IMG/VR virus record: IMGVR_UViG_2639762779_000001
Coordinates: 1 to 64,000 of that record
Strand: one strand, 5' to 3'
Source of the DNA: a virus
Taxonomy: Duplodnaviria; Caudoviricetes
DNA length: 64,000 bases
The notes beneath the pieces are model-generated. The model had not been told where the DNA came from and did not search any database. It was given only the letters and a program-made list of their open reading frames with translations. A program made the position numbers and the translations under genes. Of the stretch, positions 55,189 through 64,000 are shown piece by piece; position 1 is the stretch's first letter, and every line of letters begins with the position of its first letter.

Positions 55189-58131
55189 ATGAAGCACAAC
55201 ATCACCAAGGCAGCGATGGCTGCCACTGCAGCAGTAGCAACTCTTGCCGCCCCGGCAGTTGCCATGGCAGACGAGGTTACGACTACAGACAATCAGACTG
55301 GGCAAGCCATCAGCCAGGCGCAGGAGAGCGTCCAGCAGGCGCAGCAGAGCACGCAGGAAGCCAATCAGGCCATGCAGCAGGCCACACCGACCGGCGTGAC
55401 CGAAGCACAGGCCAAGGCCGACGCCGCAGCCAGCGCACTGAACACGGCCAAGCAGAATCTCGACAACGCCGCTGCGCAGCAGCAGTCCGCCAACACGGCC
55501 CAGCAGCAGGCGCAGCAGAACTACAACAATGCCAACACGGCCCAGCAGCAGGCCGCCGAGGACGCGACCAACACCGCGAACAAGATCGCCGCCGCCCAGC
55601 AGGCCGCAAACACGGCCTCAAACGCAATCGCCGACGCGAACAAGGCCATGCAGCAGGCGCAAGCGGATCAGGCCGCCGCGCAACGGCAGCAGGCCGCCGC
55701 GCAGAACGCGAAGGACGAGGCCTCCAAGCAGTCCGCACAGCACCAGGCCGACGCAGACAAGGCGCAGCAGCAGGTTGACGCCGCCTCGAAGCAGTCCGCA
55801 CAGGCCCAGTCCAAGGCCGACGACGCGGACAAGACAATCGCGGAAGCCCAGGCCAAGGCCGCCAATGCGGACAAGACCGCCGAACAGGCGAAGACGGACA
55901 AGACCGCCGCCGAACAGGAGCTTGCGGCCGCCAAGGCCCAGCAGGCTTCGGCCACCGGCGACAAGAGCCAGGCGGATCAGGCGGTGAAGGCCGCCCAGTC
56001 GAAGCTGGACACGGCCAGAAGGAACGAGGCGGACGCCCTGGTCGCCAAGAAGAAGGCCGACCGGAAGGTCGAACAGCTGTCCAAGGATGACGGGGACCTG
56101 AGCGATCTCGCCGCCCAATTGGATGCGGCGAACAAGGCCGCCGAACAGGCCAGGCAGGCCCAGAAGGCCGCGGAGCAGGCGCGGAAGGACGCCGACAAGG
56201 CCTCCTCGGACGCCTCCGCGAACGCGGACGCGAAACGACAGGCCGCGGAACAGGCGAGGGCGGATGCCGCGGCGAAGAAGGACGCCGCGGATTCCGCCCA
56301 ATCGAAGCTCGCCGCGGGCGCCATCAGCTACTTCCGCGACCGCAAGGACGCCGCGCAGGCCGTGAAGATCCTCACCGATCCGAGCGTCACCAAGTACCTC
56401 AACAGCATCCATCTGGGCGCGGAGGGCGACTCCACCACGTTGGACAATCTGATTGCCGCAGTTAAGTGGATTCAGGAAGGCAACGAGATCCGCGTCAAGG
56501 AAGGTTTGAAGCCTCTGCAGATCAGCGACACGTTGATGGCGCAGGCCATGGCGAACGTGGACTGGGCGAACGACCATGATCGTCATCCCGGCCAGTTCGG
56601 CGCCGGCGAGAACCTCGCTTGGGGTTACGACGACCCGTACGACGGCTGGTACACGGAGGAGAAGAACAACTACAACGCCGACATGTCGGACGGCAAACTG
56701 GACTGCAAGGCCGGCGACCAGGTCATTGCCTTGTGCGACTACGGCCACTACACCACTCTTATCAACCCGAACCTGACCATCACCGGCTTCGGCGTCAGTC
56801 AGAACGGCACCATCATCGGTGTGGGCGGCAACACCCACAGCCAGACGTTCATGGACAACGCATGGTCGCTCGGCATGGACTCAGGCCGCATCATGGACGC
56901 GGACGCCTACCTCAAGGACGTCACCGACTGGAAGACGAGCCTCGAAAACGCGGGCAACACGTACCGGACGGCCCTCGCCAAATCCGAGCAGGCCGCCAAG
57001 GACGCGCAAACCGCCGCCAACGCCCTCGCCACGGCACAGCAGGCCGCCCAGAAGGCCGCCGAGGAAGCCAAGGCCGCAGCCGATAAGGCCGCCCGACTGC
57101 AGGCCGCCGCCGACGAGGCCAGGAAGGCCTACGATGAGGCAGTCAAGGCCCAAGGCGACAAGGCGCAGGCCCTGCTCGACGCGAAGAAGGATCAGACCTT
57201 GAAGAACGAGGCGTACGCGAACGCCCAGAACGCGACCAAGGCCGCCCAGGATGCAGTCGATGCCGCCACCGCCGAACAGTCTGAAGCTCAGTCCAAGGTC
57301 AATACCGCAGATAAGGCGGTCGCCGCCGCCCGGTCCAGGATCGACACCGCCGTGAACAACGCCGCCGCTGCGGCCAAGGACAAGACGGACGCCGAGAACG
57401 CGATCAGACAGGCCACGGCCGACAAGGCCCAGGCGTCGAGGAATCTCGCAAAGGCCAACGAAGCCAAGGCCGAGGCCGAGCAGGCCAAGGCCGCCGCGCT
57501 TGCCGCGAAGAACGTCTCCGACCGGAAGGTCGCGGAGGCCGACGCGAAGGTCAAGGCCGCCGACGAGGCGATCGCCAACGCGAAGAACGCGATTACGGCC
57601 GCCGAAACCGCGAAGAACGACGCCCAGGCGAAGCTGGACGAGGCGAACAAGACCATCGACCGTCTCAACCGTGCGGAGGAGAACCTCAAGAAGGCGAATG
57701 AGAAGCTGGCTGACGCCCAAGCGAAGCTCGACGAGGCGAACAAGGCGAAGGCCGAGGCCGACAAGGCGTACGGGCAGGCCAAGGTCGACTACGAGGCCAA
57801 GCTGGCCGATAAGGAGGCCTCCGACAAGGAGCTCGCCGCCGCCAAGCAGGCCGAAGCCGAAGCCAAGAAGCAGGCCGAGGAGGAAGCCAGGAAGCAGCAG
57901 GCCGCCCAGCAGAAGGCCGACCAGGCCAAGAAGGATGCGGAAGCCAAGAAGCAGGCTGCGGATAAGGCCAAGGCCACTGCGGACGGCAAGAACGATGGTC
58001 TGTCGGACACCGGTTCCGACACTGCGACCATCGTGACCCTTGCGGCCATCATGGCCGTAGCCGGCGCGGGTTGCGTGCTGATGCGTGTACGCTCCGCCAA
58101 GCACGCCTCCTCATGGCATGTCGAGGACTGA
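55189..58131 (+). CDS. CAP-domain coiled-coil surface protein (PrgA/Sec10-like architecture)
   Basis: Signal peptide, Ala/Gln/Lys coiled coils flanking a CAP domain (GENLAWG, WYTEEK, GHYTTL), LSDTG + TM. Confidence 0.88.
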   Translation: MKHNITKAAMAATAAVATLAAPAVAMADEVTTTDNQTGQAISQAQESVQQAQQSTQEANQAMQQATPTGVTEAQAKADAAASALNTAKQNLDNAAAQQQSANTAQQQAQQNYNNANTAQQQAAEDATNTANKIAAAQQAANTASNAIADANKAMQQAQADQAAAQRQQAAAQNAKDEASKQSAQHQADADKAQQQVDAASKQSAQAQSKADDADKTIAEAQAKAANADKTAEQAKTDKTAAEQELAAAKAQQASATGDKSQADQAVKAAQSKLDTARRNEADALVAKKKADRKVEQLSKDDGDLSDLAAQLDAANKAAEQARQAQKAAEQARKDADKASSDASANADAKRQAAEQARADAAAKKDAADSAQSKLAAGAISYFRDRKDAAQAVKILTDPSVTKYLNSIHLGAEGDSTTLDNLIAAVKWIQEGNEIRVKEGLKPLQISDTLMAQAMANVDWANDHDRHPGQFGAGENLAWGYDDPYDGWYTEEKNNYNADMSDGKLDCKAGDQVIALCDYGHYTTLINPNLTITGFGVSQNGTIIGVGGNTHSQTFMDNAWSLGMDSGRIMDADAYLKDVTDWKTSLENAGNTYRTALAKSEQAAKDAQTAANALATAQQAAQKAAEEAKAAADKAARLQAAADEARKAYDEAVKAQGDKAQALLDAKKDQTLKNEAYANAQNATKAAQDAVDAATAEQSEAQSKVNTADKAVAAARSRIDTAVNNAAAAAKDKTDAENAIRQATADKAQASRNLAKANEAKAEAEQAKAAALAAKNVSDRKVAEADAKVKAADEAIANAKNAITAAETAKNDAQAKLDEANKTIDRLNRAEENLKKANEKLADAQAKLDEANKAKAEADKAYGQAKVDYEAKLADKEASDKELAAAKQAEAEAKKQAEEEARKQQAAQQKADQAKKDAEAKKQAADKAKATADGKNDGLSDTGSDTATIVTLAAIMAVAGAGCVLMRVRSAKHASSWHVED

Positions 58132-58145
58132 TTTCCTCTCCTGAT

Positions 58146-58193
58146 GTTTTGCCCGCTTTTCTTCCGCTGCAGCGAAGGGAAAGCGGGCAAAAC
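58146..58193. terminator. terminator hairpin
   Basis: GTTTTGCCCGCTTT / AAAGCGGGCAAAAC. Confidence 0.75.
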
Positions 58194-58276
58194 GGTATTA
58201 CCTCCCGTTATCCGTTCGACCGATGATTTCCCTTGCTATTATCGAATGCAGGACATGTGAAAGAAAGGAGCCCGCA

Positions 58277-58555
58277 ATGAGCAACGACGGTCATGCGCCG
58301 CTCCCCGGTGAAGTGTTGGTGGACAAATTCTTGCGGCCGAACGATATCACCATGTATCGGCTGGCAAAAGCCATGAACGTGCCTCAGACTTATATCAATT
58401 ACATTGTCGTGGGGAAAAAACGAATCACCGTTCCCACTGCTTTCCAACTCGCCTATGTGCTGGGAACAACGCCGGAATACTGGCTGGAACTGCAATTACA
58501 CTACGATGTAGATCACTTCGAACTCGATGAAAACGGACTGACCACGCTTCTCTAA
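58277..58555 (+). CDS. higA: HigA/VapI family antitoxin, orphan
   Basis: PGEVL..KFL.P..IT...LAKAM.V...RIT...A..LA..LGTTPEYWL.LQ. Confidence 0.88.
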   Translation: MSNDGHAPLPGEVLVDKFLRPNDITMYRLAKAMNVPQTYINYIVVGKKRITVPTAFQLAYVLGTTPEYWLELQLHYDVDHFELDENGLTTLL

Positions 58556-58685
58556 AAAAGGCCACTGGTATCACTGCACCAGCAGGCTTTGATGGGTGGA
58601 TGCCAGCCATGCCAGTCGATTCGCTGCCCATCCCATGCGGACGGCAACCGGAAGTCGGTCAGGTCGGCGGGCCATTCCAATCCGC

Positions 58686-59225
58686 TCATCGGCCGATCTC
58701 CTTCATGCTTTCGTCGAGAATCCGCTGGATTTCCTCGCCCGTATAGGAGCCGTACCGGTCGAGCCTGCCGGCGACCGTTTGGACCAGCGCCCTGTTGTTC
58801 CTCGCCATGAGCCGCGCCCTGACCCATAGCGCGTCCATGATCTCCTCGGTGGAGCCCATCGCGGGGTCTATCCGGTGGATGATCGCTGCGTTCACCAGCT
58901 CCATCTGCACGTCGCCGCCGATTCGGAGCGCGTCGGTCTTATATTCCGGATATTCCATGGTCACGGCGAAACCGGTCATCGAGATGATCATCTCCGTCTG
59001 CAACCGGACGGACATATCATCGTCCGGGCCGGTGGCGTACCGCTGGCTGGTCTGGCCGGTATCATCCTCGCGCAGCATGATGCCCTGCTGCACGTATCCG
59101 AACCGGTGGCCGGCGACCGCATGCCCGGCCTCATGCAGACGCAGCCGCATCGGCGGTTCGGGCGGCCTGGGATGGCTGACGACCGCCTTGCACCGGGCGA
59201 TGAACCGGTCGTATGCGCCCATCAT
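58686..59225 (-). CDS. HExxH zincin (peptidase M41-like) protein
   Basis: LHEAGHAVAG...GGD...TGEEI. Confidence 0.75.
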   Translation of the reverse strand: MMGAYDRFIARCKAVVSHPRPPEPPMRLRLHEAGHAVAGHRFGYVQQGIMLREDDTGQTSQRYATGPDDDMSVRLQTEMIISMTGFAVTMEYPEYKTDALRIGGDVQMELVNAAIIHRIDPAMGSTEEIMDALWVRARLMARNNRALVQTVAGRLDRYGSYTGEEIQRILDESMKEIGR

Positions 59226-59512
59226 CGCCCGACTCCCGTCATCGCGTCCAATACGACGGCCAACGGGACGGCATCATGGTTGGCATGCGCTTTGCATACA
59301 GGTCCGTATACGCCCTCCTCGGGCAGGAGTTCGCAGTCGTCGTACCCGTCGTCGCGGGTCCAACGGCGGATGGCGACCGGCGGCCTGCCGCACTGTTTGA
59401 AGTTCTCGCCCTTCCAGCAGCCGGCCGTGCAGCCGGACCGCAGGGTCAACGGGTCGCATTGGGCGGCGATGAGCTTTGGGTCGTACGGCGTTGGTTTCTT
59501 GCATTTGGTCAT
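59222..59512 (-). CDS. Cys-rich hypothetical protein
   Basis: Start re-assigned to MTKCKKP; coupled to the downstream gene. Confidence 0.6.
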   Translation of the reverse strand: MTKCKKPTPYDPKLIAAQCDPLTLRSGCTAGCWKGENFKQCGRPPVAIRRWTRDDGYDDCELLPEEGVYGPVCKAHANHDAVPLAVVLDAMTGVGR

Positions 59513-59539
59513 TGCTTTTCTCGTTTCCGACTTTACTTT

Positions 59540-59559
59540 ATATACCTTATATGGTATAT
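59540..59559. promoter_or_regulatory. TA operator palindrome overlapping the -10
   Basis: ATATACC-TTATAT-GGTATAT; TATATT 7 nt before the ATG (probably leaderless). Confidence 0.6.
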
Positions 59560-59567
59560 TTATGGGT

Positions 59568-59927
59568 ATGTGGCAGATAGAGATGGAACCCATCAAGGAC
59601 TGGCTTGACGGACTTGACAAACAGACCGCCTACCAGGTCTACGCGGCCCTAGACCTCCTTCGGGAACGCGGACCGAACCTCAAACGCCCCCTGGTGGGGA
59701 AAATCGAGGGCTCCATCATCGGCTCCATGAAGGAACTGAGACCCGGTTCGGCAGGCCGAAGCGAAGTCCGAATCCTGTTCGTCTTCGACCCGGAACGCAA
59801 AGCGGTCCTATTGGTCGGCGGAGACAAACAGAACAAATGGAACAAATGGTATAAGACAGCCATCCGCGAAGCCGAACGACGATACATCCGATGGCTGGAA
59901 GAACAACATGGGAAGGACACGAAATGA
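59568..59927 (+). CDS. RelE/ParE superfamily toxin (HigB/Gp49-like)
   Basis: GPNLKRPLVGKI.GS...MKELRPGS...RILFVFDP...LLVGGDK...WY. Confidence 0.92.
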   Translation: MWQIEMEPIKDWLDGLDKQTAYQVYAALDLLRERGPNLKRPLVGKIEGSIIGSMKELRPGSAGRSEVRILFVFDPERKAVLLVGGDKQNKWNKWYKTAIREAERRYIRWLEEQHGKDTK

Positions 59928-60232
59928 GCTACACGTTGGAGGACTTCAAGGCCGATCACGACCTTGACCAGAAGACCATCGACGAGCGCAAGGAACAGCT
60001 TCTTGAGGAGATGCGCCTGTACGAGCTGAAAGAGGCCCGCAAGCGGCAGGACGTGACCCAGAAGCAGCTCGCCGAACGCATGGGCGTCAGCCAGAAGCGG
60101 GTCAGCAGCCTCGAATCCGGCGACGTCGACAAAACCGAAATCCGCACTCTGCGCAGATACCTCGACGCGATTGGAGGCAAGCTGCAGGTCAATGCGGTCA
60201 TGCCTGACGGCCGCACCCTGCAACTGGTCTGA
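59924..60232 (+). CDS. XRE-HTH antitoxin
   Basis: LKEARKRQDVTQKQLAERMGVSQKRVS.LE.G; ATGA coupling to the toxin. Confidence 0.92.
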   Translation: MSYTLEDFKADHDLDQKTIDERKEQLLEEMRLYELKEARKRQDVTQKQLAERMGVSQKRVSSLESGDVDKTEIRTLRRYLDAIGGKLQVNAVMPDGRTLQLV

Positions 60233-60246
60233 ACCGAAACGTCCCA

Positions 60247-60534
60247 TCAAATCACCGGCTTCCAGTCGAAGTACGGGCTGCCGGCCTTCACCCATGCCCT
60301 GTGGTTGATGCGATGCCGTTTGGTCAGCCGGTGCGCCTGGAATCTCGCCCATGCGATGAGACCCGGCACCGGATGGCTGTCCCGTTCCGCGATGACGGCC
60401 TCGCCGCAGCAATAGCACTCCCATCCGTACGACGCCGGAAACAGTGCGGACGCCACGAGCCCGAGGAACACGAGCGCCGCGACGGCCGGCAGCGTGACGA
60501 GGCCGAGGATGTATCCGATCCAGAACCCGCTCAC
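60247..60534 (-). CDS. membrane-anchored Zn-finger-like protein
   Basis: TM, then CYCCG...H. Confidence 0.65.
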   Translation of the reverse strand: MSGFWIGYILGLVTLPAVAALVFLGLVASALFPASYGWECYCCGEAVIAERDSHPVPGLIAWARFQAHRLTKRHRINHRAWVKAGSPYFDWKPVI

Positions 60535-61001
60535 CGTTCCGCCTCCTTCAATAGTTCCCCGTCGGGGCCGGCCAGTCCGACCTTGTTCCCGTCGTCAATG
60601 ATGAAGCGCCCCTGTTCGAGCCGACCGTCCTTCAGCCAGCTTGCGGAGGTGTTGTCCGCGGGCAGGTCGTATGCCGGGCAATCCGCTCCATCGCAGCGCA
60701 GATGTTCGATACCGTACATGTTCTCGGTATGCGTTGCGAACGGTTCCACGCCATTGGGTCCGGATGCCGTCGCGAACAGCAACGCGATGACGGACGCGAC
60801 GCATCCCAGGGCCATCACGGCCGTGATCCGGACGTTGGCCTTCACGAATTCTTCGGACGGCCTATGAAGGCGATGCCGCCCACGAATGCGATGACCATGC
60901 CGGCGAAGCAGAACACGGACAGCACGGCGAGGATGATGGCGTCCTTTCGCCGGCCGCACCGCCTCGGACACCGTTTCCAGCCATTGCGAGTAATCGGTCA
61001 T
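60531..61001 (-). CDS. membrane protein, probably with frameshifted middle segment
   Basis: Open frame, but ~60860-60950 is coding-like only in the +1 frame. Confidence 0.5.
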   Translation of the reverse strand: MTDYSQWLETVSEAVRPAKGRHHPRRAVRVLLRRHGHRIRGRHRLHRPSEEFVKANVRITAVMALGCVASVIALLFATASGPNGVEPFATHTENMYGIEHLRCDGADCPAYDLPADNTSASWLKDGRLEQGRFIIDDGNKVGLAGPDGELLKEAER

Positions 61002-61198
61002 CACTCCTCCTTGTATTCGTCGAGCCTGTCGGCCAGGAGCCGCAGGCCGAAGGACAGCGCATGCCGGGCTCCCGGCTTGAAGTCGCGGGTGTTGATGGCC
61101 GCATGCCATGGTCTGCTACTGATGTCGAGCGTCGCCATTGTATCGGCGTTCTCGCCGTCCGTGATATACACGCCGATGATGTATTTTCTTCCGGCCAT
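61001..61198 (-). CDS. small hypothetical protein
   Basis: MAGRKYIIGVY...; GGAGG RBS; coupled on both sides. Confidence 0.6.
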   Translation of the reverse strand: MAGRKYIIGVYITDGENADTMATLDISSRPWHAAINTRDFKPGARHALSFGLRLLADRLDEYKEE

Positions 61199-61838
61199 CA
61201 CGCCTCCCAGCTGACCGGGATGCCCGCGCTTTTCGCCGTCTCCAACAGGAGCCGGAACGACTGGATGGTATCCTCCTTGCCTTCCATGGGGTCGAACCGG
61301 ATGCCGTCGCCGTTGTTCATGCCGGTCTCCAGCATGAAAGCCACCTGACTGTCCGCCCCGAGGAACGCGAGCCCGGTGCCCGCCTCGACCCATTCCCCGC
61401 GATCCCTGTCCCAACGGAGGTTCAGATATCGGCCGAATCCACGGAGGACATCTGCGCCGATCCACATGGACCGGCAGCAGCCAGGAACTCCGCCGACGTG
61501 ATATTGACGTTGAAGCCGTTCGATGTATCGCCCATCATGAATCCCACCTGGTCGCCGTCCTTCCCCTCCACGAACGGGACGAGGGTGGCGAGGACGGCGG
61601 CAAGAAGGGCGAGCAGTGCGTGATCGCCGTCCTTCAGCAGTGTCCGCTCCCCGTTCACGATGCTCATGTTGACATGGTTGAACGCCTCCACGATGGCGGC
61701 GGACTCCTCGAAGGCGGCGGGCATATCCCCGTCACCGGTCATGCGGAACACGCCGTCCGGGCCGAACTCCCAATCGTATTCAACCGGATTGTTGCCGGTC
61801 TCGTCATTGGTTTCTACGATGATGCGTTCGACGTTCAT
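61198..61838 (-). pseudogene. hypothetical gene apparently split near 61480 (ORFs 61422..61838 and 61198..61467)
   Basis: Overlapping ORFs merge if one G is added at CTG-G(G)C-TGC. Confidence 0.45.
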
Positions 61839-62428
61839 TGCTTCTCCTTGTCCAATACGGTTCTGGATACTTTCAGATATCGTGTGCCGCCCGATTGGCG
61901 TAGCTGGCGGTTGTTGATGCTGTCGATGACCGGGGCTGGGGGATCCGTATACGATTCATGCGCCCGGACGATCACATGATGATTCGGGTTGAACCCGGAG
62001 TACAGGTGCGTGATCGCGAAGGTCACCGATAGTACGTCCAGATCCTTGAAATCGTAGATGGTGTCCGTTCGGAACCCGTCGATGCCGGTCGGCGGTTCGA
62101 CCGGTTCGAGACCATGGACGCCGAACATCGCCACCCTGACCCTCATGCCCGGATCATGCTCGAACAGGTGCGCATATTCGTCGCGCAGCACATCATATTC
62201 GGCTATCGCCCGTTTCGCGGTCATCGGCATGCTCTCCGGGTCGGCAAGCATACGTTTCACGAACGCAATGCCCTCGTCGGTGATGATCCGGTCATGCTGC
62301 CCGAAATCGACCAGGCCGCGTTCCTTCAACGCGTCGAAACCATAGGGGCCGGTATGCCACGAGTCTTCCTTGAGCCTGTCGACGGCGAAAAACAGCATGG
62401 CGTACTGGGCTTTCGTGATGCTCTTCAT
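61835..62428 (-). CDS. hypothetical protein
   Basis: ATGA coupling. Confidence 0.7.
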   Translation of the reverse strand: MKSITKAQYAMLFFAVDRLKEDSWHTGPYGFDALKERGLVDFGQHDRIITDEGIAFVKRMLADPESMPMTAKRAIAEYDVLRDEYAHLFEHDPGMRVRVAMFGVHGLEPVEPPTGIDGFRTDTIYDFKDLDVLSVTFAITHLYSGFNPNHHVIVRAHESYTDPPAPVIDSINNRQLRQSGGTRYLKVSRTVLDKEKQ

Positions 62429-63213
62429 CGATTGTCCCCCGTCCATTGGCTCAGGTATCCGCGCACGTCGGCCGCCGTGCCCTCCCTGTCGGAGTCGAAG
62501 CCGTCCGGCTGCCAGGTGCCGTCCGACATGATCAGCAGGTCCAGACTGATGGGATGGTCTTCCGCACCTTGGCTTTGGAATATGACGGCGCCGGTTTCGA
62601 CCGGGTCGCCGTTCGAGAACAGGTCATCCCAGTACACGTCATCCGCCTCCAATGCCTCGACCCTGCCAAGACCGGCGACGGTCTTCCGGTAGCCATCGAG
62701 AATCTTCTCGCGATTTCTGACCGCTTCGATCAGCCGACTTGCCGCATGCGTCGGATCGGCGGGCAATAGCGCACGGAACACGCTTTCGCCGACCTCGAAC
62801 ACCAGATAGTCCGGATCCGAAGAGCGCGTGGCGGGGATACCTGAATCGTTCAACCGTTTCACGGCCTTGTCGGCCTCGTCCATGATGCCGCGGTCCTTGC
62901 GCCACTGGTCGTATCCGACGTCGAACAGGACCGTCATGGTCGTCTCATAGTCGGTGTCGAAGGTCGTTGTTTTCGGATGCCACCAGCCGTCGGAAACCGT
63001 CCAGTGGATCAGGTTCCCGTCGAATTCAAGGCGAATGCGCCAGTAGTCGAACGGTCCGCTTCGTGTTTCGAATGTGGATTTGCAGTCGAACAGTCTTCTC
63101 AGGTTCGACCATTCGTACGGTAACATCGGCGTGATTTTGAGCAGAATGATGTTGTCGGCCATCAACCAGTGACAGTCTGCGAAGAAACGAATCTCGGGCG
63201 TGACGACGCTCAT
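62425..63213 (-). CDS. hypothetical protein
   Basis: ATGA coupling. Confidence 0.7.
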   Translation of the reverse strand: MSVVTPEIRFFADCHWLMADNIILLKITPMLPYEWSNLRRLFDCKSTFETRSGPFDYWRIRLEFDGNLIHWTVSDGWWHPKTTTFDTDYETTMTVLFDVGYDQWRKDRGIMDEADKAVKRLNDSGIPATRSSDPDYLVFEVGESVFRALLPADPTHAASRLIEAVRNREKILDGYRKTVAGLGRVEALEADDVYWDDLFSNGDPVETGAVIFQSQGAEDHPISLDLLIMSDGTWQPDGFDSDREGTAADVRGYLSQWTGDNR

Positions 63214-63632
63214 TCCCTGCACCATCCTCTCTGTTTCGTCTCCACATACATGGCGTCGCGCACCTCGGTGTCGTTCCAACCCCATTCGCGGGCGAGATGC
63301 AGGTAGTGTTCGCCTATCACATCGATGACGGATTGCAGGCCCGCACGGTCGGGCACCCCGTAATCGTTGGCCTCCGTATTGAATTCCAGCCAGTCCGCTT
63401 CGGATACCGAACGCGGTCCGTCATGGTCGGTGATATCCGGTGTGGCCGGTTTGGGTTCCGGCTTCCATTCTGGTTGTGGCGGTGTGTAGTCGGTCCAGCT
63501 GAAACGGGTACGGCAGTTCGGGTTGGAGCAGCGCGCCGTCGGAATGCCACGATGATTCAGAGCCGGTTCCAACGGGGAACCACACCACCAGCAGCGGCCA
63601 TCCACCGGTTTGAGGAAAGAACTCCCTTTCAT
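63210..63632 (-). CDS. Zn-finger hypothetical protein
   Basis: CWWC...CSNPNC; ATGA coupling. Confidence 0.7.
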   Translation of the reverse strand: MKGSSFLKPVDGRCWWCGSPLEPALNHRGIPTARCSNPNCRTRFSWTDYTPPQPEWKPEPKPATPDITDHDGPRSVSEADWLEFNTEANDYGVPDRAGLQSVIDVIGEHYLHLAREWGWNDTEVRDAMYVETKQRGWCRE

Positions 63633-63991
63633 GATCCGTTCTCCCTTCCCATCTGTCTTATCGTCTGCCGTATGCGTTCCTTCTGTTCCCGGTCGTGTTC
63701 CAGGGAGAGGAGGATGAACCCGATCCCGCACAGGATGAAGAACAGGAACAGCAGGACGATGAACGTCGCCCGCATGTGCGCCGCGACGAACCCGGCGATC
63801 GCGCGCGACATGCCCATGTCGAGACGGTCGCCGATCAGGTACCATGGCAGGGCCAAGACCGTCCATATCATGCGCGGCATAGTGACATGCCTGTCCACCA
63901 TGGAGCGGATGAGAACGCCTGCCGCTGCCAGCAGGACGAGCCGGCGCGAAAACCGCAGCAGGACGCCGACGGCGAAGACGGCCGCGCTCAT
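63629..63991 (-). CDS. membrane protein
   Basis: Hydrophobic segments; coupled to the next gene. Confidence 0.65.
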   Translation of the reverse strand: MSAAVFAVGVLLRFSRRLVLLAAAGVLIRSMVDRHVTMPRMIWTVLALPWYLIGDRLDMGMSRAIAGFVAAHMRATFIVLLFLFFILCGIGFILLSLEHDREQKERIRQTIRQMGRENGS

Positions 63992-64000
63992 TGCCGGACT

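Overview
This 64 kb window looks like part of a large conjugative element from a high-GC actinobacterium, most like a Bifidobacterium megaplasmid (inferred from gene content and codon style; no database search was run). Its modules are: (i) leftward operons of small hypothetical genes with a DGQHR/ParB-like protein and a DnaB helicase (1-9.1 kb); (ii) a RepA_C-type initiator (10.4 kb); (iii) a Gram-positive conjugation/partition cluster with an ATPase, a putative PD-(D/E)XK relaxase, a VirD4-like coupling protein, VirB2/B3/B6/B8-like proteins, ParA and its partner (12.5-25.7 kb); (iv) an intact IS200/IS605 element (tnpA/tnpB/omegaRNA); (v) a leading-region-like establishment cluster with Lar-like, LPD29-like, DUF2786 and two orphan adenine MTase genes (29-37.7 kb); (vi) a phage-type ImmA/repressor/Cro switch with O/P-like replication genes (37.7-42.3 kb); (vii) a sortase pilus/adhesin island and a PrgA-like CAP protein (42.9-58.1 kb); (viii) toxin-antitoxin genes and another leftward hypothetical operon. 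The most notable unexplained signals are a conserved ~30-aa N-terminal leader (KSAQAKRQLRxxxGxFAxEN) on three otherwise unrelated proteins, a promoter-linked GTCCACAT motif found 8 times ahead of accessory operons, and an IS605 inserted exactly into one of those promoters so that its predicted TnpB guide is the promoter itself. No tRNA, rRNA or CRISPR array was seen.
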